Shown here in pieces: positions 58,275 through 64,000 of a stretch of 64,000 nucleotides of DNA. The stretch covers positions 9,140,850 through 9,204,849 of the forward strand of contig NC_134029.1 in the NCBI RefSeq assembly GCF_964204645.1, in the 5' to 3' direction. The position numbers were made by a program, and so were the translations under genes. This DNA comes from Tubulanus polymorphus (taxonomy: Eukaryota; Animalia; Nemertea). The first letter of the stretch is position 1. Each line of letters begins with the position of its first letter. The notes beneath the pieces were generated by a model. It did not search any database. It worked only from the letters and a program-made list of their open reading frames with translations, and was not told where the DNA came from.

Positions 58275-60460
58275 CTAGTAGTACTCTCCGCGGTAACTGG
58301 AACCTGGTCGCGATTCTTGTAGTCTTGGTAACGAAAGTCCGTACTGTTTGTCCCAGTTCGAGTCGACATCGCGTCGTAGCACGTTATCGTAGTAGTACTT
58401 CTCTTCGCGGCGTTGTCTTTGACGTTGGATGCACAAACACAACGACAACGACAACAACAGAATCGTCAAGATTATCAACCAGACGATGAAACCTATAATC
58501 GTTTTGTCGCTGAGTAGATCGGCTGAGATACCAGTTTGAGCTGAAAATAAAGAATCAGATTAACATTCTGTAAATTATACTCGTTCGCGATGTACTGAGC
58601 TTTGAATAGCTGATCGAAGACTGCTAGAATCTTACCATAGTTTTGCAACTAAAGCAATCTATGAAAATTAAGAGCCTTACCAGAAGCAGCTGGTTGAGCA
58701 TTGGTGTCTTTTGAAGTCTTATCGGATTTTGTTAAACATACATATCCTCCGTATGAGTTGACACACATCTCCTCTGATGTACAAGTAGCCCGACCAGTTA
58801 CCGAATTCAAACATTCGTTATTGTCTGAAAATCGAAAGAAGACGAACTGATATTATCAAAACCTATGTAACAATATTACGAACATTTGGCGAAGGGCTAT
58901 CTTACCAATGCAGGTTTTGCCATCTTTACTAATAATGAACCCGCTATCGCACTGACACGTGAAACTGCCTATGCTGTCAACGCATTTGTGTTGACAGCCA
59001 CCGTTATTGGTATTGCATTCATTGATATCTATAAAGAAATAAATCAAATGATATCTTCCCTTCAATAAGGGTCCGATTCATGAAATGTCGTGGAGATTCA
59101 CATTTATCTTAAATCCGGTCCCTGTTAATGTTGGACATCCGAAATGTCACTTACTTCCGCATTTCTTTCCGTCGGTTAATTGATAACCGTCGCGGCATTC
59201 GCAGTAGAAACTGCCGAAGGTATTTCTGCAAACGTGCTGACAACCGTGTGTATTTGTTTGACACTCATCGATATCTACATGAAAGCAATGAATTCATTAT
59301 ATCTCTGTGTAAAACATCTTTGTTTTAAGACTTTCTTGTTTTGGCTATACTGGGATTAAAACGCATACGCCAAATTTGGTGCCATTTTCCATTTGAATGT
59401 AGCTTTATATAACTGTTTCGATAAATTCAAAGCACTATTTTTGAATTCCAAAAACTGTTTATATTCAATATATTATTCCGGGCAAATTGTGGTCAATTCA
59501 TATATTTTTCATATTTGATAACAATAAGAACTCCAACAATATTATTTAGGAGATGACGACCAATTCATAATACTGTAAATTCTAATGCAGAGCTCAGCGA
59601 GACAAACTGGAAACTTCCACAGTAACTACGTACATAAATCATCAATAATCCATTCATAGGAATAGTTGTAATCAAAGAAATCGTAGCTATACCGATTAAT
59701 AATTCATGAACTTTGAACGCAGCCAATATATGGTCTATTATATAAACGTCGGAATGGTTCACAGAATTGGTATTAAAACGTGCCTATTGCAGATACAGAC
59801 CTTCATAGAGATCTCCTTTCACGCCTGTTGATCCTGCAGGTCCCCGAATTCCTTGTTCTCCACGGTCACCTTTGGGTCCATCTGCTCCTGGTGGACCTTG
59901 TGGCCCATTGTCTCCTTGTTTTCCTTGTAGCCCTTGAACTCCTTGAGCGCCATCGCTTCCTTTTTCACCCGGCGGACCGGGGTTTCCCCGTTCACCCTGT
60001 GGTCCGGCCACACCGACTGGGCCCTGCCCACCTTGTGGCCCTTGATTGCCACGTACACCTTCATTCCCTTTGTCTCCGGGTGGTCCACGAATTCCTGTAT
60101 CTCCTTTCAAACCGGGAGGTCCTTTGGGACCAACTTCGCCATCCTTCCCTGGGCCACCAATTGATCCAGTTGGGCCCGGTTTTCCTGGTGGCCCTGTAGG
60201 TCCAGGTGGGCCAGGTGATCCTTTAGGGCCTATTGGCCCTGGAAGCCCATTATCAACGACAGCAATATTTGCGACTGCTGTAAATAGAATCCGCTGACTT
60301 CAGTATACATTCTATATCAAATACCGCTGCTTTTCATTTCGACACTTAAATTTTAATTTCATTTTCATTTCGAGTCTAGAATTCATGGATTTCACTTACC
60401 AAAATGCAATGAATTAATGATTCCAATCGTGACGAAAATGGCGCAAACTTTAAGATCCAT
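58275..60460 (-). CDS. Short type I membrane collagen-EGF protein (~396 aa, 6 exons), paralogue of the giant gene's C-terminal part
   Basis: Exons 60460-60400 (signal peptide [20 protein letters not shown]), 60277-59801 (49 Gly-X-Y, 60248-59808 = 441 nt), 59274-59155 (cb[30 protein letters not shown]), 59028-58906 (cbEGF), 58824-58681 (4-Cys EGF), 58540-58275 ([26 protein letters not shown], tail ending RGEYY*). Total 1191 nt, a multiple of 3. Confidence 0.9.
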
Positions 60461-61899
60461 GATTGATAGACGGTAAGACGATTAGACAATTAACTGAAAG
60501 CAAAACAAAACCTTGCTGTAACGTAATGGAAGAAAATATATACGGCCTCAAATGAAGATTCCGCTTCAGTACATCAAAAATATCAGTGTCTTTACTACGC
60601 CTCCTTTTACAACTTAATGGCACTATAGCATTTGGCATCAATTTAGCGATCAACACCTTTGAATCGAGTATATGGCGTCAACGCTACCTTTGGTTTCCCG
60701 TTATAACGTCTGCGTTCAGAAGCGATCAACACATTTGATTCAAACTTAAAAGTTAAATGTGCTGCCAGGTATTACTTGCAGTGATTGTTTCCCGAACTCG
60801 ATAATAGGATTTTCGCGAGTGAACACGACAGACGGACAATATGAGTCGTTTCACCCAATACGAGTCAATTCAAGTTCAATCGTATGTACATTAATAAAGA
60901 AATAAGCTTCGAAACCGTACGTACGGAATTAATAAGTAATTAACATAGTCTTATAATGCCATCGAAAATCAATAACAAGGACTCCAATTTTAAGTCTTTG
61001 CGATTTAGTATAGAAATGCCAGGGCTCGATGGAAAGGTTAATTGAGTGTCAATGGTTGATATCGTAGATCACATAATGCAAAAGTTTGTCAGGCAATCTT
61101 AGAAATTCAATTTTTTACCAACAAGAATATTTCAGCGAATCTACTTGTTAGAACTAATCGAACTTGAAAATATCCGTGCGCTTTAATTATCGCTTATCAA
61201 ATAGAAATTAGGAAAACAGAAAATCTACTTACCGTATTTACATGTGGTGTTATGTGTTATTTATTAGTCCAATGTTAGTACTGATGTTGGGTGTGGCGGA
61301 ATTTACCGCGCTCTTAGTGCGGCACACTGACCGGGTTGGCGGAATTGCGGGGCAAAGTATTCATTCATTCGCATACCGGTGCGGCCAACCAGTGGATTTT
61401 GATCTGTCGGGCGGAAAGTTCGCGGCGTGTGAAAAACGGATTTTCTTCGTGAATCTATTCAGCCTTAATCCACCTATATCGTGAAGGCAACCAGCGCTAT
61501 TGAAATTACAAATTAGAGTCGGTGCGTCGGTAAATTGACAGTAAACTTCAACTAGGCCCAGTTCCAATTACATTTTCCAGCTTATTTTGCCACTACAGGT
61601 TCCAAGTTCCGCAGTTGTCGTTTATCAACATTATACTATTGGATGTAATTAATTTGCAATTTTACATTTATCGGAAGAATATATGACATATTGTTATAGA
61701 AAATAGATGACATATTAAGATAGAAAATAGATGACATATTGTTATGGAAAAACGAAATACAATTCGAGGATTGTCTTTGTAGATACTGACAAATACGCGA
61801 ATCATAGATCACGGATGCAATTCCATAATTGTAAATGATGAAGTTATCCGTGAAAAATAAAACTAATCTATAAGTACATGCATATATTGGTGATATTAA

Positions 61900-62645
61900 C
61901 TTTTGTAAGTACACTGGCCCTATATTCAAACAGTTGAATACCCTCAAGCTCAAAGATACTAGTAAACTTCAGCTAAGTACTTTTATCTACAAATTCGTCC
62001 ACTCTGACGAATTAACGAAATCATTCGAAAATTATTGGAGCGAAAATTTTCAAATCCACAGTCATAATACTCGGCGACGTCAAGATTTACAAACACTTTC
62101 TTACAATAGCCAAAGAAAAATATTTTCAGTAAAAATATCCGGCCCTTCACTTTGGAATAACATCTGTCACAGTCTAAAACAATCCGGAAAATTCAAAACT
62201 GTTTATGTGAAATGATAGAAAACTACTTTGCTCTGAATGTTTACATTATATAGGTATCCTCTAATTCAAACTGAAATTATAATTATATGTTAAACATATG
62301 CATCTGATCATTGAAGTATTACAGAAAACAACTGGTTTATTAAATGATTACATAGGTATCTCTTAATCAAACTGTTATCATAGTTAATTAAGTGTGCATT
62401 TTTGTGTGTTGAGGGTTGACTTTGAGCGTATTTTTTATTACATTTTCTTCTTCACTTTTCTCTTTTGAGGGACCTTATTTATATAAACTATTACTTAGTT
62501 TCTACAGACCCCTCCAAGTTGAATTTACTGTAATTTGCATTATGCTCTTGTACACTATGCTATAAATTATATAAATTAAAGCGTTCATTCATTCATTCAT
62601 TCATTCATTCATTCATTCATCCATTCATTCATTCATTCATTATTC
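61900..62645 (+). mobile_element. 5'-truncated CR1/L2-group LINE 3' end with (TTCA)n tail
   Basis: TGPIFKQLNTLKL...FIYKFVH...HSHNTR...FSVKISGPSLWN parallels the C-terminus of ORF2 at 27675-30611 (HTSPLFK...YNAR...FSIKVNGPNIWN). (ttca)n run at 62584-62645. Confidence 0.8.
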
Positions 62646-63521
62646 AAGTATTTAGATCCTCACAGTTCTCCTGGGTGTTTTATGGCGGACACTTAATCTG
62701 TTTTACACGGTTGCTGAATAAGTGTCATACGTAAAATTCCTGTTATGCACATGACGGCTATGAAAATTCAAGAACGGCACAATTGCCGCATTTTACCACC
62801 ACTTCCTGGACGAAAATGTGCTCAAAGTGAGCATGTCTCCCAGTCGTTACCTTCCTTCAATTCACTGCAATAATAGTCTATATATTTCCGTCAAACTTCA
62901 GTACTTCTGTGATATTTCATATGAACTATAAAGGAAAAGTGTTCATACGATACATTCGGCCTTGGGAAAAATAAATTTTGATATGGCGACGTCATAGATT
63001 ACATGTAAAACAGACCGGATCGGTTTCTACCTTATACGTAAAAGTCTTATTCGTTAAGTTCATACTTCATACGAGCAATCATCTCAACTGAGGTCGTCGA
63101 TATTTCAAACTCATTTTAGTAGGCCTTCCCTTAAAAAGGATCGTGGTATGAATCTAACGATCCAAAGCGTGCATTCAATCAGAATCAAGATAGTTGATAC
63201 CGTAAAAACATTATATATGAATGATTTTATGACCCTTTGTTCTAGTGTTCCATTTATTTTTGCATTATGCATTGCAGAATTTCCATTGGATATTTGTTTG
63301 AGTCAATTTTTTATCATGTACTATACTTCTTCAAAAAGAGCATTCTTCTCACGGAAAAAGAAGCGACTGTAAGATATCCGATTTCGAGACTAAAATGTTC
63401 GCAGATTTCTCCATCGCTACAGTCTCTTTATGATGGAAGGACAAAGTAATCCATTTTATTCCAAACTCTTTCTTATGGGGTTGTACATTTGTCTTTTATA
63501 CATCTTCCTTGTCTTTTTGCT

Positions 63522-63869
63522 TCAGTCTTCGCTAGTGCTATAAAGATAGTCTATCGAACCGTCCCACGGCGTCAAAACAGCTAGAACCCGACCAGCAGAC
63601 GAGCCATGTCTGTTCTTAGCCAAACACATATAATACCACGTCCACTCTCCTGCATCCCTTTCGTTCACATTCATGATCTTCAACGTGTATGTAATCAGAT
63701 TATCAGGTCCGGCCGTATTCGTAATACTCATTCGTTTATCTTTTTCGACGGCGATCGGAATCATCTTCAATTTGTTCCAGTTTTTTACCTCTAAGTCTGG
63801 ATAACCGTATATTTTGAAAAACTCGATTGTCGGGCTGTCCGTGTTTTTGACCGTACACGGAAACTCAAT
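63522..63869 (-). CDS. Terminal exon of an immunoglobulin (I-set-like) domain protein; rest of gene lies beyond the right edge
   Basis: Acceptor tttcag, then IEFPCTVKN...YTLKIMNVNERDAGEWTWYYMCLAKNRHGS...*. Shows the B-strand Cys, L-x-I, and D-x-G...Y-x-C-x-A-x-N-x-x-G Ig motifs. Confidence 0.8.
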   Translation of the reverse strand: MEFPCTVKNTDSPTIEFFKIYGYPDLEVKNWNKLKMIPIAVEKDKRMSITNTAGPDNLITYTLKIMNVNERDAGEWTWYYMCLAKNRHGSSAGRVLAVLTPWDGSIDYLYSTSED

Positions 63870-64000
63870 CTGAAAGATGAGTGAAAATCTGAACGGTTAA
63901 AATGATAATCATTGACATTCAGACACTCCGAAATTGCTTTCTTTTGTTAGTATGTTGGGATCTATTTTCTGATATCATTCTCGTTTTTTTTCAAATTCAT

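Noticed and set aside
33602-60460. Calling the collagen-EGF genes CCBE1, fibrillin or a fibrillar collagen
   Set aside because: Domain order (collagen before EGF, then TM), the short helix and the absence of TB or COLFI domains do not fit, so no gene symbol was assigned.

Overview
Eukaryotic, AT-rich, intron-rich animal DNA that looks invertebrate and possibly spiralian; it is not prokaryotic and has no CRISPR, rRNA or tRNA genes that I could support. All gene models were spliced by hand from GT-AG sites and frame continuity. Left to right: (1) first coding exon of ABCE1/RLI1 on the minus strand, running off the left edge; (2) a 28+-exon TP53BP1 (53BP1) orthologue on the plus strand with oligomerisation region, tandem Tudor, UDR and tandem BRCT, carrying an intronless rhodopsin-class GPCR antisense in one intron; (3) a nested transposon cluster in which a TAA-flanked Harbinger-like element contains an intact two-ORF CR1/L2-group LINE, an RTE-type LINE tail and a foldback MITE; (4) the most striking feature, a 49-exon, ~3,050-aa type I membrane protein: signal peptide, 13 copies of a ~150-aa domain I cannot assign (motifs G-[YF]-x-x-x-F, QI[WYF]RP, GD-x-[LIF]-GF), mucin linkers, an internal furin site, 49 Gly-X-Y triplets, 2 EGF plus a truncated EGF, TM and a YDN-containing tail; (5) an adjacent same-strand ~396-aa paralogue with no head domains but also exactly 49 Gly-X-Y triplets, the same EGF/truncated-EGF/TM/YDN layout, suggesting a register-matched heterotrimeric membrane collagen system; (6) the last exon of an Ig-domain gene at the right edge. 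Many MITEs, Helentron-associated (HINE/DINE-1-like) elements and SINE-like repeats fill the introns.
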